Of a DNA stretch of 64,000 nucleotides, positions 36,801-51,160 are shown one piece after another. Below the pieces are notes generated by a model. That model did not search any database, was not told the DNA's origin, and saw only the letters and a list, made by a program, of their open reading frames with translations. The stretch is from assembly GCA_028534125.1 (NCBI GenBank), contig CM052818.1, positions 31,994,001 through 32,058,000 on the forward strand, given 5' to 3'. The translations under genes were made by a program, and so were the position numbers. Numbering within the stretch: position 1 is the first letter of the stretch; each line of letters opens with the position of its first letter. The stretch comes from Lama glama (lineage: Eukaryota).

Positions 36801-38204
36801 AGTGTCAAAAGGTTAGGGGTTCCACTCTTCCTAGACACCATGTGGTGCCTAGAAAGGGCTCAGGATATCACCAGAAAACAAAACAAAACAAAAACCTCAA
36901 CCAATTTTACCTGTAACCAATCAGTAATGCCCTCAGTCCAGAATACATTTCTTTACTTTTCTCCTCAGGTGGTTTCGGCCATCACTTGGGCACTAGAATC
37001 TTTTGCTGCTACTTCCTCCTCTTCTTTCCTTTGTACCCCTCTTCCCTAGGGTCCAGGATATACTCTAGTTGAGCCAGTCGGTCTTAATTCACACTTTGAC
37101 CTTGTAAGTCCATGCTGGGGAGACCCATTTCACTCAGGCACCTTATATTTTCCAAGGAAAGCACCAAAAGCCAAGCTTTCCTCTTGCTTAAAATGGATTG
37201 CTTCTATGGAGTCACTTTTCTCTATGCTGGAAACTCCCCTTCCCACCAGGGGTGAGGATCAGGGGAGAGGGAGTGTGAAGGGAGCAGAGAGCCTCTTTCC
37301 TGCACTTAAGTGCTGTACTTTCTTCTGTATGTTCTAAATTTGTGCATATGGTATTAACTTTGACTAGAACACACTTCTGTGTCAGTGCTTCTAATTTTGG
37401 CAAACAATCTCATTCATGTAGACAGTGTTTTTCTTGGTCTTTATCTTTTCAGGTAACGAGGCCCATCCTTTTGGCTGACCCCTCCATTAGCTCCCCCAGC
37501 CTCATCCAGCAAATCACTATCCACCTCCCTCAGGGGACCATGTGAATGCAGCCTACTTGCAGAAATTCTGAGTTCCTGTAAGGGCTGGATAAAAATGCTT
37601 GCTTACTCCCTTTCCAGGATTCAACTTTGAAGATGACCAACTATTTATTGGCATTTTTGGCTATAAAATGCTTTAAGCTTATGTCTTTAGGGATGACCCA
37701 CAGTGACTCCCATGTCTCCTTGCTGGGCCATGACTCAGCCCTCAGAGCCCTTCCTTTTGAATGATTTCAGGTATTTTTTATCCCTGAGTGTATAACCTGG
37801 CCCATATCCATATTAAAAGTCGTCTGCCATGTGCCCACTCACAGATTTATAAGTGCTTCCTGAAGTCTAGCCCCATCCGCTTGGTGCTTCACATCCAGAA
37901 AGAAGTAAATACCATTCACATACTGTATGGCTAAGAAAAATGACATCATTCTGGAACAGGGAAGTATTGCCTAGACTTGATCTTCCTTTTGCTTCAGAAT
38001 TACTTAAAATTTGAGCTATGCTGATGACTCACACATAGGGGTGACAATTGTTATTCACAAGAGGGTCATTGCAAGAAGTTGGTTGTCAGAATCTTCTCAC
38101 ACCCTTTACACTTTTGCCCTGTTCTGGAGCATACTTTGATCTCTGACCTTAGTCATTGGCCTTTGAGGACTCTGAAGGGTCCTGTAAAGAGATGAGAATC
38201 ACCA

Positions 38205-38475
38205 TGCAGTAGTTTGTAGGGGGTCCACGAAGGGTGGTGAAAGGAGCATGGGCTATCGAGTCAGGCCAACCTGGTCTGTTGATTCTGGTCTCTTGCCTGC
38301 TGGCCATGGGACCCCAGTCAGGGTATTTAACCTCCCTTAGCCTCAGTTTCCCTAGGCTCAAAATAAGGACAAATAATAGTACTTATTCACAAGATTATGG
38401 TAAAAAGTGAATGTAATCACACATTTAAAACACTTAGCACAGTGTCTGGTCCATATATGCTCACTTCATGTTATT
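38205..38475 (+). mobile_element. MIR SINE
   Basis: gagcatgggctatcgagtcagg...tttaacctcccttagcctcagtttccc...cacttagcacagtgtctgg. Confidence 0.85.
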
Positions 38476-39179
38476 AATCCTTTAAAACTCTAAATAAACT
38501 CAAGCCTAAGTAGACCTATATGGTCTTGGACCTCATTTCTCTCAGCCCCACTGCCCATCTATAAAGCAGAGTTGATATGATAGTGAAATGGGATGGCTGC
38601 TGTCTGAAACTTAATAGCATAACCTCTGATGCCTTTCAGTGCATTCCTCTGAGCCATTTTGTAGAAATGCTACCAGAAAGATGTTATCTGGGCACCAACC
38701 AATTCATTTCTTATTTCTTTAGATTGGATGTGGGAGAAAAGTCAAAAACTCTTTTCTAGGTACTCAGAAGCCACCACTTCCAGCTCAAATCTTTGGAAGA
38801 CAGAAAAAAGAAGTTTCTTTTAGGAAGGAGAACATAGAATGTCCATTCTGTTCTAGTTGCAGGGGCATGTACCCACGTGCAGCACCTGCAGACAGAACAG
38901 TGGAGTGGTCTGGAAACAGAAGGCTGCCATGGCCACCCAGGGCAATTATTTCTTTAAAATGTGTGAAGAGGGATTGATCCTAAAGGGGCTTGAAGGCAGA
39001 ATAGGGCCTGGAGGAGTGGGTGCTGGAGGTGATGTGGAAAAAGCTCTGAAGCAGATAGATTGAAAAATGCTTCTGCTACTGTTGCTTCCCTTTTTCCTTT
39101 CTCTTCTTCCTCCTCTTCCTCTTCATGAAATCACTCTAGGTGGCTTAATAGTTACCATTTGAGTAGGAAACCAACCCAC

Positions 39180-39350
39180 TCATGGTAGAGCAGGGCCTTT
39201 TGAGGCTAGGCAAAGCTGGCTTCAGTCCCCAATTCCATTATTTGCCCCTCTGAGCCTCAGTTGTTGCATATGTAAAACGGAGATGATAATCCTTATCTCA
39301 GAGAATCACTGTGAAATTCTGTGTAAGAGCTCAGCATGGTGCCTGGCCCA
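39180..39350 (+). mobile_element. MIR SINE
   Basis: ctctgagcctcagtt...tgtaaaacggagatgataat...agctcagcatggtgcctggc. Confidence 0.75.
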
Positions 39351-40181
39351 TGGAAATTGCAGAGGAAACTCTAGTTCCCTTCCCTGCCTCCTTCCCACAC
39401 CCAGTCTTGCTATGTGTCTATCTCCTAAACAGAAATGATTCTCAAACCCTTCCTTCTTTAACAGAAAAAGCTTTGCCTGCCATAAAACTTCAGCAAATAG
39501 TGATTGAGTTGGGGATTTCTGGGAAGAACTGTATAAGAGCATGCAGCCTATGTTCATTTGATTTGTAGATATATTATAATTACTTTCACCACATGAAACC
39601 CACTTGAGGTACTGTTAAGCAAAGGAATAATGCCGCTTTTGCTCCTTTTCTCTCAACCCTTCTTTCTTTCATGCAAATCAGAAACATTAATCCGTTGTGG
39701 CTCCCTGGACTCTTGGCTATGGGAAAACTCATCACCTAACTTTTTTTTTTCCTGAAAATAACATAATTTTCAAAAACTCATAACTTCTGAGTGCAGTTCC
39801 AACCCTCTCATTGATAAGGCAATAACCCAAGCAAACATTAGATGAAGTTACAAGTCTGAACATAAAGTAGAGTGGAGGCATTATTTGGATCAGACGAATT
39901 AAAGTTCTCCATCAAGTTACACAAATTCTTATAGGCAGAATAGACTTTGGATAGAGCTATTAGACAAGCCATTAAGTAGCCTGGCTTCTAGTTCATCTCC
40001 CAGAGGTCTTTGGCATGCCTTGGTCACAAGATTCAGACATCTTAGATTGGCTGCCCTTGGTAGCAAATGCGCATTGAGGTCCTGAGGTCAATTAAATCTA
40101 CTAGTGGCTTAGTCTTTTTTCTCTGTTTTCCAGTTGATACCATGAAAGCCTCTTAGAAATTTTCTTTTATAAGTGATATAA

Positions 40182-40394
<213 letters not shown>

Positions 40395-43300
40395 TAATGT
40401 CACCATCTCATAATTAAAGAAGTTCGAGTTTCAGTTTGTGATGTATGGCTTTTCAGGGAAGAAGTCTTTCTGTGCCCTGAGTCTTCTATTGACACCCAAT
40501 TCCACAAGACCATTCCTGCCAGGCCTGGCCTCTCCATACGGACAGCTGCATTGTGTATCCTGGAGGAGGCCAAGGGCATTGTTTCTGCCATATCTTACGC
40601 CCCAGCCTTTACAGTTTATGGTATTCCTGACGTCCCCTTAACAGCCATTAGATGTGATGCTTATTTGCATTTTGACTGTGGCTCTCTAGGAGCAGGGTTC
40701 TAACCTGCGAGTATTTCTAATGATGGTGATCTCTTGAGAGAGGGTTGTTATTATGAGGGTTGCAGGTCTTTTGGGGCTCCTCCAGTGACTCCCTTTTGTT
40801 TAGGTACCTCCTTAAGAGTATACAGACATGTTCCTAGATATTCTTTCAGCTCATGTGATTCTGTAACAACCTCGGAGGTAAGGAAGCCAGGTCCCATTCC
40901 ATTTCTACAGATGTAGAAACTGAGCATAATAAAGTTGTACAGAGTCAATTTTCTAACTATAAAACCAGAATTCTTCCCTTATGTTCACTTTTTCTCCTAG
41001 GGAGCTACCTACTCAGACTCCTAGTCTGAGGCCATATTTTTGTGGTGTAGCATTCCTCATCCTCCACGTTCATCCTAATAGCTCACAGGAAATGTGTCTT
41101 TGTAGAGGAAAGGGCAGGTTTAGAGGAGGGCTGATGTATTTCCACCTGGACATTTTTTCTTCTCTTGAATTCCTCTGGAGTGAAACTCATGAGGGCAGAC
41201 ACTAAGCTGTGTTTGCTCCCCACTGTATCCCATCATGTAGAAGAAACTCATAGAGGCTTCTGCATGATGAATGAATGCAGAAAGCCTTCAGGGGTGGAAT
41301 TCACTCATCAGGCATGATTGAATTAAGTATTTATGAACAGCACTAAGTTCTAGATTCCCTTCTGGGCATATTTACCTATTCTTGCCACTCAGTCTCTGCC
41401 CTTGGGCCCAAGCTTTTTAAAGTGCACCTAGCAGAGATCTTCCACTTGCTGGTAACCCTCATTCGTAAGGCAGTAAGTCTTGGTTCATATTAACTGTACC
41501 TTTCATTTTAAACTTAAAAAAAATGCATCAAAAACCCTAGGGCAATTTATGACTGAATGTACACTGCTGGGATGTTTCCTGCTATCCCTAAGCCTCTCCA
41601 GTGGGAGGGGAAGGTCTGTAGTTGTCAGGAGATTCCAGATAAGAATTACTTCTTGATTTCATTTAAATCAGACATTGAGTGTCATCTTAGGATAAGGGCA
41701 GGTGTTTATAAATAATTAAAATCTGGTCCTTTATATTGTTACTGCTTTGTAAAACCAGATTTGTGATAAAACCTGTCTTTGGATAACATTTTTGAATTTG
41801 AATTGAAGTCATTCAGTGTCTCCACAACTTTTATAAAATGCAGTATGTCCAAGAAAGGCAGGTCTGCCTCCTGCATGACACAGAGGGCATAGCATCTGTT
41901 CTCTCTGAAACATCCAGAAAGAGGCTGCAGGGAGAGGACAGACCCACTGGAGCCAATTTAAACTGCTACCTGCCCACAGCTTGGCTCTGATACGTTACTT
42001 CCTCTCCCTGGGACTCACCTTTCTCATCTATAAAATGAGGATGGGGTGATGTGCTCCTTGGGGCAAACGAGTAGATCTGGAGGAGTCCCAGGATCCCTTT
42101 CAGATGCTCTGTGTGGCCTAGAATCTGCATGATCTGCCTTCTTGGCAGAGGAGAGAACCCTAACCATCGGGCAGACATTGCCCAAATGCTCAATAAAGTC
42201 GGCACAATTATGGCTATTGATTCACAAGATGGGAAGAAATGATTCTTGATTGGTGGCTCCTTGACTGAGTACAGTGGTAAATTCAGAGCCTTTTCATCTT
42301 CTTCTGATATTTAATTCAGCTGACACTCATAAAGACCCACCTGTCCCCACCACCACCTGTATGTGCCTGGTCCAGTGCCACATGCTAGAGGTGATACAAA
42401 AACAAACATGGGTGAGACTTGCTTCTGCTCTCTCAGAGCTCATTGGCCAGAGAAACAATTCTGTGGGCAGCTCAGCCCATCCACAGAGAGCACCTCTGGG
42501 GCACAGAGGTTGAGGACTAGTCCTGAGACTCAGGGCAGAGCAAACTGAAGACCGAGGCTCCTGTCCCCTTAAGGATGTTTGCGAGGCTTAATTCACATCT
42601 CCTTAGGAACGAACCAAAGAGGCCAGCAGGCTGACTGGTGATAAATCCACACCTTTCAACTGCCATGGAAGACATTTTAAGGAATGTTAACAACTTCATT
42701 AATCTTAAGGCCTCAAACTTGGGCAGAGAAATTTGACTGGAAAATTGCCACCTGAAGGGATAGTTCTTCAGACAGTGAGAAGTAACCAAGTCTCAGCAAG
42801 TCAATGTGGGCACTTGAGTGGTAGAGCTTTGTGCCTGGTGGCTGTCTTCGCCTGCATTCTGGGGCAGGGGCGGGAGAGAAAGTCTGGATCCGGGAGCAGG
42901 AGGGGGCGGTACGGGTAGGCGTCAACAACCTGACGGCAGGCAGCATGATGCACAGCAGTGGGCCAGCCCTCTCAGGCAAGCTGTCCAGTCCTGAATTGAG
43001 TATGGCTTTCCTTTCACTGGTGTTTTATGAGAAGAGACAAGGTGGAGAGAGGCTAGTAAGATTTACTCACCCCAGCTTGTGATTATCTGCTTGAGGAAAA
43101 AGTTTGACCTACCTTTTTGAAGTCTCCTCGTATTTCTTCTAATTTACGTTGGGGACTTTTATGTTGTATAAAATATATTCTCTTCAATGGCATTTGGTAT
43201 CGGATTCCAGCTCTTTCTCATCTTTTGTCTTGAATGATGGGAGCCCACTAATTTCATCATCAACAAACAGAGCTGCACATTCTTCCCCCAAGGCTTTGAA

Positions 43301-43639
43301 GGAGGAAGGGCATCTAAACAAAGAATTTTTTTCCTTTTATCATCTAGCTTTGATGCCTTAAGACTTACTTATAGGCTTGGCCAGAGGATTGGGCTCTAAC
43401 TCCCTACCCAGATAAAAAGTCTCTTCCATCTAGTAACTTCAGGTAGCTCACAGATTGAGGCCACTGGGGGTTTTGATCACCTTGAGTTCTAGAGCCACAA
43501 AAGTTGATGGTATCCTGCTCAACTTTAATTCATGTTTGCCCATTCTGGGTAGAAGAAGAATCAGATCAACGTTTAAAACAGAAAAAGAAAAGGTTCTGCT
43601 CAGATGAGGAGGAAGAAGAGAATTTTCATTTATTGGGAA

Positions 43640-43865
43640 AAAAAAAGTTTGATACTTTGCAAAACTCTTCTTGCCACCTTTTCTCACTTAAACTTGTTAT
43701 AAAGTTGTGGTGGGTGAAAATTGTTTTATATCCCATTTTTAAAGAAGAGTAAATTGAGGGCTGAAGACAGTAATTGACCATGCTCTCAAGTTATGGAGCA
43801 GGTGATCGTTAGAAAAGACTGAACCCATATTTTATGATTCTAGGTTGAGTGCTCTTTCTACCACA
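43640..43865 (-). mobile_element. MIR SINE (degenerate)
   Basis: tatatcccatttttaaagaagagtaaattgagg...gctctttctaccacatc. Confidence 0.6.
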
Positions 43866-44112
43866 TCATAAAGTTAATTCACAGATGAAGTCCCCATTCT
43901 GTGGAGAGGGCTTTCATTTTCTGAACAACCTGATGTTTAGACTAAATGATCAACCTGATATCCAAGATCTGGGCAGCTGTAGGACCAAGACTTGATGTCC
44001 CCAAATTGAGACTATCCCAGGCAGGCTGGGTAACTCACCTCTTTCTAAATATGGATGTAGTCCCTCAGGCACCATGGACAGTCTTATCTTCCCTACCATA
44101 GACTCTGATCCC

Positions 44113-44558
44113 TGCTATAGGTTGAATTTTGTGCCCCAGAAAGGTATATTGAAGTCCTAACCCCTAGTGTCTGTGAATGTGACCATATTTAAAAATAGGA
44201 TCTTGGTAAATGCAATTAGGTTGAGTCCATACTGGATTAGAGTGGGCCATAATGCAATATAACAAATGTCCTTATAAGAAGGGGAGACACATACAGACAG
44301 GTACACAGGATGAACGCCATGTAATAATGGAGGCAGAGATTAGAATGATGCATCTACGAGCCAAGGAATGCCAAAGATTGCCAGCAACTGCCAAAAGCTA
44401 GGGGAAAGGCATGGGACAGATTCTCCCCTAGAGCCATTGGCACACAGCCCTGTTGAAACCTTGGTTTTGGACTTCTGGCCTCCAGAATAGTGAGAGAATA
44501 AATTTCTGCTGTCTTAAGTCACCAAGTTTGTAGTATTTTGTAGTAGTTTGCAGATACA
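44113..44558 (+). mobile_element. MLT1B/C (MaLR) solo LTR
   Basis: tgctataggttgaattttgtgcccc...gaatgtgacc...gccaaggaatgccaa...ggacttctggcctccagaa...aataaatttctg...ataca; TSD atccc/atcct. Confidence 0.92.
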
Positions 44559-45924
44559 ATCCTTCATTGCTCCAGTCCTCTAATGTCCAGGGCATTGAAT
44601 CCAGGAAAAGAAAGAGCCCTCTCAACATCTCAACATCAGGGCACAACAAAACCATTGTTGGACTTTTAAATAAAAGTTCTACAAAAACTTTGTCTGCTTT
44701 GAAGTCCATTGGGACCCGTCCAATTTAGGGACTGGTGCTTTTGGAAACAAAGAAAAATTGGGCTGTTTAATTACTTCTCCTGTTGCTGCTGCTACCACCA
44801 CCACCAGTCTTGTTAATGTATCAATTTCTTTGATTGAAAAGACTGGATAAATTAAATCTGTCTCTCTCTCTTAAAAAAAAAAATCAACCTACCACAGAAT
44901 CAAAAATGAAAAACAAAAGGCCCTCTGGCCTCCTATGTGATTTGCTTCATAGCTCTGACAGGAAGTCAGTTTGATCACATTTCTGAAATTACGTGTGATC
45001 AGCCATTCTGCCCTCAAAAGCCTGGCATCAGTGAAAAACACCACCCCACTCCCTTGTGGACCATTGTTAGGGCTGAAAGCTTTCTTACCAGTTCCTCTGC
45101 CCTGATAGACCAGGCCTTTTTGTGTTCTCTTCCCAGCCCTGATCCACTGAGTCAAGTTCTTTCCTAGTTCACACCTCTGTATTTTTATCTACAGCATGGT
45201 AAACTCAAGGCTCTCCTTGGTTACATTCACCATAAAGACTGAGTCCCAAAGGGGACAACAATGCCAGCAGTCATGCACGACCAAGAGCGGGGAACATCTG
45301 TCCCCTGAGGACCAGTGACCTGCTGGGAACTAATGAACTTAGTCCACGGAAATTAAATAAAAAGCAGTTGGCTTATGTGTTTTAGGAGAGACTTATTTAA
45401 AATGTCCCACTTGATCATATTCCTTACCTTTAAAATGACGGCACATAGATCCACTCAATAAATACCAACAATTTATCTCTTTGTTAGTGGCAGACTGAGT
45501 AAGGAGAAGCAAAGGAAAACACATCAGATTAAAAGATAATAAAAGAATAATTGACCAACTGACACAAAGGCAAGAAAATCAAGTCAAAAGAGATCCACCT
45601 AAAATGATTTTCACAGGCAGAGGGGGAAAGGGATTGACAAAAGGGAAAAAAAGAGAGACTGATGAGGGAATAGAAACAGAGACAGACAGCCAGACCAACA
45701 AATGTGGAAAGAATCACTCAGAGTTGTGTGGCCTCCTGGTCATGTTTTCTTTCTTCTGTTAATATGGTCTCAGCTTGCACACCTGCACAGGTGGCTCCCT
45801 AATGTCTGTTCCAATCTTGACCTCCTCCTAGGGGTTGTTTCTGCATCTCTACCAACCTGCCTACATCATTTTCCCCTAAGTGTGTCTCAGATACCACAGA
45901 GAATGGGAGGATGGGTATAATCAT

Positions 45925-46885
45925 TCTTTAAGCACCAACTTTATGCCTGATTCTGCTCTAGGCATGGTCATGATAAATACAAATAGTACTAGGAGCTCTT
46001 GAGGAAGAGGCAGACACGCCTGCTCTATGACAGGTGCAGTAACAGAAGCATGTTCAAATCTCCCTGAAACATAGGGACGGGGAGCCAGTTCTATGGAAGA
46101 CTTAGAAAAGTAGATGTTCTGGAGAACTGAGCTGGATCTTGGACCTCAGGGACCAGTGAGAAGGGCCATTCCAGCCAGAGGGAATCAATGTGCACAGGTG
46201 TGTTCAGGAACAGGTCAAGCTCAGTGACACAGGGTATAGAGGACCTGTGGAGACAGGGAGAGGGAGAAGTGAGCCTGAAAAAACAGTTACTTCTGGGTGT
46301 ACTGAGGGTTTAGATCTGATCCTACATGGGAAGCATAGACTGGAAAAGGAAGGGCAGGAGGAGAACATGGGAGAGATTCTGGCTATAAGGTAAGCATGGC
46401 TTGGTTGCCCATTCAGGAGAGTCCAGCCTGAGTAACTGGGTCAGTGGAGATCCCATTATCAGAAGTAGGAAGAAGGAGAAACATTTGGCAAGGAGAAAGG
46501 GTGACCACGACACTTAGAGGGAGAGAAGAAGATGGTGAGATCTAAGTAGAACAAGTTACATTTGCAGTACTTACAGGATATCCAGGTGAAGATGGCCAGT
46601 AGAGAATTGTAAATCCATGACTTGAATTTGAGGAGAGAGGTGCAATAGAGTCATTATCATAGACTATGGTTGAGGTTGTGATTGGAGAATGAAGACCCAG
46701 AGGGAATCCAAGATTTTACATTTAGGAGGTAAACAGAAAAGAAGCATGACAGAGATGGAGAAATAGGAATGATAGGAGGAAAACCAGATGGTAGAATAGC
46801 CACAGAAACAAAAGGGATAAAGAATTTTAGATGTAATGTCATCAGTAGTATTGAAGTCAACTAGAGGACAAGGTCTGTAAGAAGG
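45925..46885 (-). mobile_element. L2 LINE (degenerate)
   Basis: ttaagcaccaactttatgcc...cattccagccagagggaa...cagcctgagtaactggg...ggatatccaggtgaagatg. Confidence 0.7.
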
Positions 46886-47416
46886 CCTTCCTCACCCTGG
46901 TAAGTATCCTTTAAGTTTTACATTCCTCCTCCTTCCCCCATATTTCCTTCTTTCTCATTCCATTTTGTCCCCAGTTAGTTTGTCCTTCCCTTGATCTTAT
47001 TTTCCTAGATCCTACCTGCTCCAGTTTGTAAGGCCAGCTCAGTCCCTGCTTCTACCTCAGAGATTTCTTGAGTACCCTGGCTACCCTGATGTCTCTTTCC
47101 CCTTGGAATTTTTTAATGGAAAATGTTGATGGAATTTTGTTGATAACACTTGGATGGTATAATCTCCCCCTTGAAATCTGAGAAGATTCTGGCTTGTGCA
47201 GGGAATGGTTATTTCCTGAACATCCCAAATTATCCAAGAATCACATTCCACAAAACCTGGGGCTTCCTTGATGTTTCTTATGAGCCAAATTACTAGTTTT
47301 TATTTCATCCCTTTTATGGCCCAGGTGTAAACTAGGTCGCATGATAAAGCAATCATGGATGAGCCTAATTTACCCAACTGGGTAGTGGAAGGCAGAGATT
47401 TTAAATGTCCCTTTTA

Positions 47417-47470
47417 CCTATCTATCTGTCTATCCATCCATCCATCCATCCATCCATCCATCCACTCATT
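47417..47470. repeat. (TCTA)/(TCCA)n microsatellite at an L2-like tail
   Basis: cctatctatctgtctatccatccatccatccatccatccatccatccactcatt. Confidence 0.9.
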
Positions 47471-47864
47471 CAGTGAATGTCTACAATTGCCAAGCTCTTT
47501 GCTCTTGCTCCTCGGAGAGATTCTAGCCTAGTTCAGTTTTATCACAGATCCAAGATAGTCCTAAATATCCATCTGAAAGGTGATGCTTAAATATTTGTTG
47601 TACAATTGTTTTGTATGTGACTGTAGTGTCCCTGGGTCTGATGAACCATCAAACCTAATAGGAAGGTTTACTTGGGAAATAAGGCTTTTCAGTTTTAGCA
47701 AAGACACAGTATGCCTGTTAGATTTAGTAGAGCTTCTTTTTGGAAACCATATAGTAAGCATTCACACCCCGCAGCTGGTGACCACATTAACCCCAAATTA
47801 GGATAACCTGCAAGGTTGTAGACTTTGTCCCATTTTCTTATCAAGGAAGGTTATATAATGTCTT

Positions 47865-48045
47865 TCTGCAGCACTTTGCACGTCTGATGTCACACTGTTC
47901 CTCATATCTTAAATATTTGTGGCCCTGAATCATCATGATTCCTAGACTGTAAGCTCTTAGGGGTCAAGGAATCCACATCTTGTTTCCTTTGCATCCCGAG
48001 TACTTAAACCAGTGTTTTGTACTTAGTTGGGTTCTTAATAAACAT
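47865..48045 (+). mobile_element. L2 3' end
   Basis: ctagactgtaagctcttaggggtcaagga...tttgcatccc...ttaataaaca. Confidence 0.7.
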
Positions 48046-48624
48046 ATACTAGGTAAAACTGCAACATTTACTGAACAATCCATGGGCAAATTAGGCATAT
48101 ACTTAAGTCTCTCAATTCCCAGTCTGGAGCTTTTCTGCCCCTCAGGGTCTCTATTTTAGTAAAAGGTATGGATGTTCCCACAAATCCTCTTTTCCTAAAG
48201 TCGTAATAATTGGTTGCAGGAAAGATAGATATCTAAGGACAGAATGAATTGAACATACTTTGGTTTAGATTTCAAAGCTGTGACTTTACTTTGGGCTGGC
48301 TAATTTTTTTTTTCCTTCTCAATCTAAGAAAGCATATTCAGCAGACATGAGTGAGCTGAGGAATTTTTGTTTTGACAGCTTTAGGACATCTGAGATATTG
48401 TGTACAGAGCATTTCTAACTAGCCTAGAAAGACATCTGTCCAAAACATATTCAGGAAAATGACTGATCAAGAGTAAGAAACGTGAGAGGAAATCCTCTTA
48501 AAATGAAATGTTTTGTCAAGAGCAACCTCAGGTGCAAAACTTCATGTCAGAAGAGATTTCAGATTAACAAGACTTTAACCAGCCCATTTGAGTAGATGAC
48601 TAGAATAATTTGATCTGTGAGAAA

Positions 48625-48760
48625 TTCATAGAAATTGTGAGCTGTCAGGGCCTGCAGCAGCCTAGTCAAGTAGCCTCGTCTTACAGATGAGGAAACTAGG
48701 CCTAGGGAGATCAGTGATCTGCCCAGGGCTAGTGGCAAAGCTGAGGTTCAGACAAGACCA
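48625..48760 (-). mobile_element. MIR/MIR3 SINE
   Basis: ttacagatgaggaaactaggcctagggagatcagtgatctgcccaggg. Confidence 0.7.
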
Positions 48761-51009
48761 GCAACTTAGCAGGGCCCACATTTAACCCCTCCACAGCAGA
48801 GGCACATGCAGGGGTTCATATTGTCTTAGTACTTGGGCTACAAAGCATTTCCTTACATGTTACTCCCATCTATTGCTTTATTCATCTCATTGCTTTAATT
48901 CCTTGGGTCTCCGTCAGCCCAGTGGGTTCATGCTGCCCTGAGGGTTGCATCAGTGTAGGGTCAGTACCGTTCCTGGTGTGGAGAAACCCATGTCCAGGCC
49001 TAGTCTAGTTGCCTCCCCATCCCCTGGAAAACATCTTAAAAACAAGATTCTGGGATCTAGGGACTGTAGGGTTAGGTTTGGGAACCACAGATCTTTCATT
49101 CACCTCCTTGTTGCCTATTTAAATCTCCTCTGTGATATCCAAGCAAGACATCTTCCAGCCTCTGTTTGAAGGCAAAGCACCGAGTGGTGGGGTAGAAACT
49201 CTAGCTGGGATTGAGATGTAGAATTTATTCACAGCTCTGATTCTTGTGAGTGTTATTACCTTCAGCCACTCAACCACTCTCTTTGATTCTGTTTGTCATC
49301 TGAAGAATGAGAATGGTCATGATTTCTAATTGACAGCATCACTGTAAGATTGACTATGAGGACAGAGTTCCATGGAACAGGGGCGCTTCGCTAATGCTCT
49401 CTGAAGAGGAATGAGACCCATTCCAGTGAGAGGCCAATGACCTGCATTTGGTGACAGTGACTCTATTTGCTAGACGATTTTTCCTTAAAACTCTGTAAGT
49501 CCCTAGTTTTGTCTGCTGGAACCTGAAAACACTTTACCTTTAACTATGATACCATCTAAGCTGGGATTTAATGCTATGTAGTCCAGCTTCAAAATTCATA
49601 CAACTACATGAAAATAAGCAACATTCCCCACCTGCCTGGAATAACCTCATTCCTTCCTCTATTCTTAACAAACTTCCTAGCTAAACCTTTACCATCTGTC
49701 CATATCCTTTCATTCCTCACAATGAAGCCAAAAGTTTCCTCCTCCCTGAGCCTCTGGTCCTTCCAGGCAGAAGGTCTCTTGTTCTGTGTACCTTTGGCTC
49801 CACCATATCTGCTTACTGTGAGAATTAGGTGTGAGTAAGTCCATCTCCCCCAGTGGATTGGAAGTTTCTGAAGAGCACAGGGTCCATGCTAAGGAAGCCT
49901 GGTATCTGCCTGGGTTTTGAGATTGACATCAGGAAAGAACCTCAGGTTCACCTCTAACATGTAGGAGATCCTCACCAGCAGAGACAGAAGAATAAGTAGG
50001 GAGGGCCATCTTGCATGTTCTGAGGTCAAGGACTCCTAGGATGATGATCAGCCTTCTCCGGTTGTCATGGCTGCCACATTGCTCAGAGATCTCCTCCAAA
50101 CATCTGGTTTCAGGAATGATCCATTTGGGTGGATGTCATGCTGAGCAGTGTGCAAACTACTACCATGTTTTCACCATGCTGTCTAGAGCCAGCCTCATTC
50201 TAATAGAGATGCCACATTCTACATAAATGCTTCCTAGAAATTGCAGGCAGAAAACTGGACTGGAAGTCCAGTCTGGATTTTGGTTTTAGCTTTCCTTCTT
50301 TTCCAGACTCTACCTTCTGCCACTTTGGCCAAGTCACTTCATCTTTCTGAGCCTCATTTTTTCCATCTGTAAAATGAGGAGGCTGTTAACTTCAGAATTT
50401 TAATTATTTTCAATTTTCTGTACTGGGATGAAGAGCAATGTCTCATTTCTTCAATATGTAATATTGTTATAGCCACAGATAAGAGAAATGAGAATTGAGT
50501 TTTCTGTTCTGATATCCCACCATTGTGGGCATGCAGGTGCACACACCCTCTTCTGAGACTTCTTCCGATGCTATGTTTGTATAATTGATTGATTGAAAGA
50601 GACTTGGCCCTTCTTTGCTGCAGCTTGATTATAAGTGAGCTAAACAGATATCTTGAGTTGGGTGATTGCTTCCCAGATGCATTTGAGGGGGAAAGCTGGT
50701 GGGAAGTAAATGATTTCAGTTCTGGGGCCCTATGACAAATGAATAGTGGCTGTGACAGAGGGCAGGCTGGTGGGAGGGGGCAGGTCTTATAAAGTATGTG
50801 ACCAGATGTTCATGGCAGCTGGTGGATTAATATCAAAGGTGACTGGTGAGCTAAATGCTCCTTTTGGAGATAACCCAGAAAGGGGGAATAGACGTCTCTA
50901 ATCATCTGAGTCTATGCTGCAAGTTAGGACTCTTGGGATTCTGATGACCACCTGGCTAGAGCCAAGTTAGCTTGTTTCAGCCATCTGTCCAAAGGGGAAA
51001 CTAGTCTTA

Positions 51010-51160
51010 GAATGGTAGAGATGGAAGAGATCTGAGAACATTTTATTCTGCCACTTAATTTATAGATGAGGAAACTTAGACCTAGAGAGATTAAGGGGCT
51101 TGCTTGAAGTAACACCTCAGAGCCAGGACTAGAACCTAGATCTTCTTACTCAAGGCCTAG
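51010..51160 (-). mobile_element. MIR3 SINE
   Basis: tttatagatgaggaaacttagacctagagagattaagg...agagccaggactagaacc. Confidence 0.7.
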
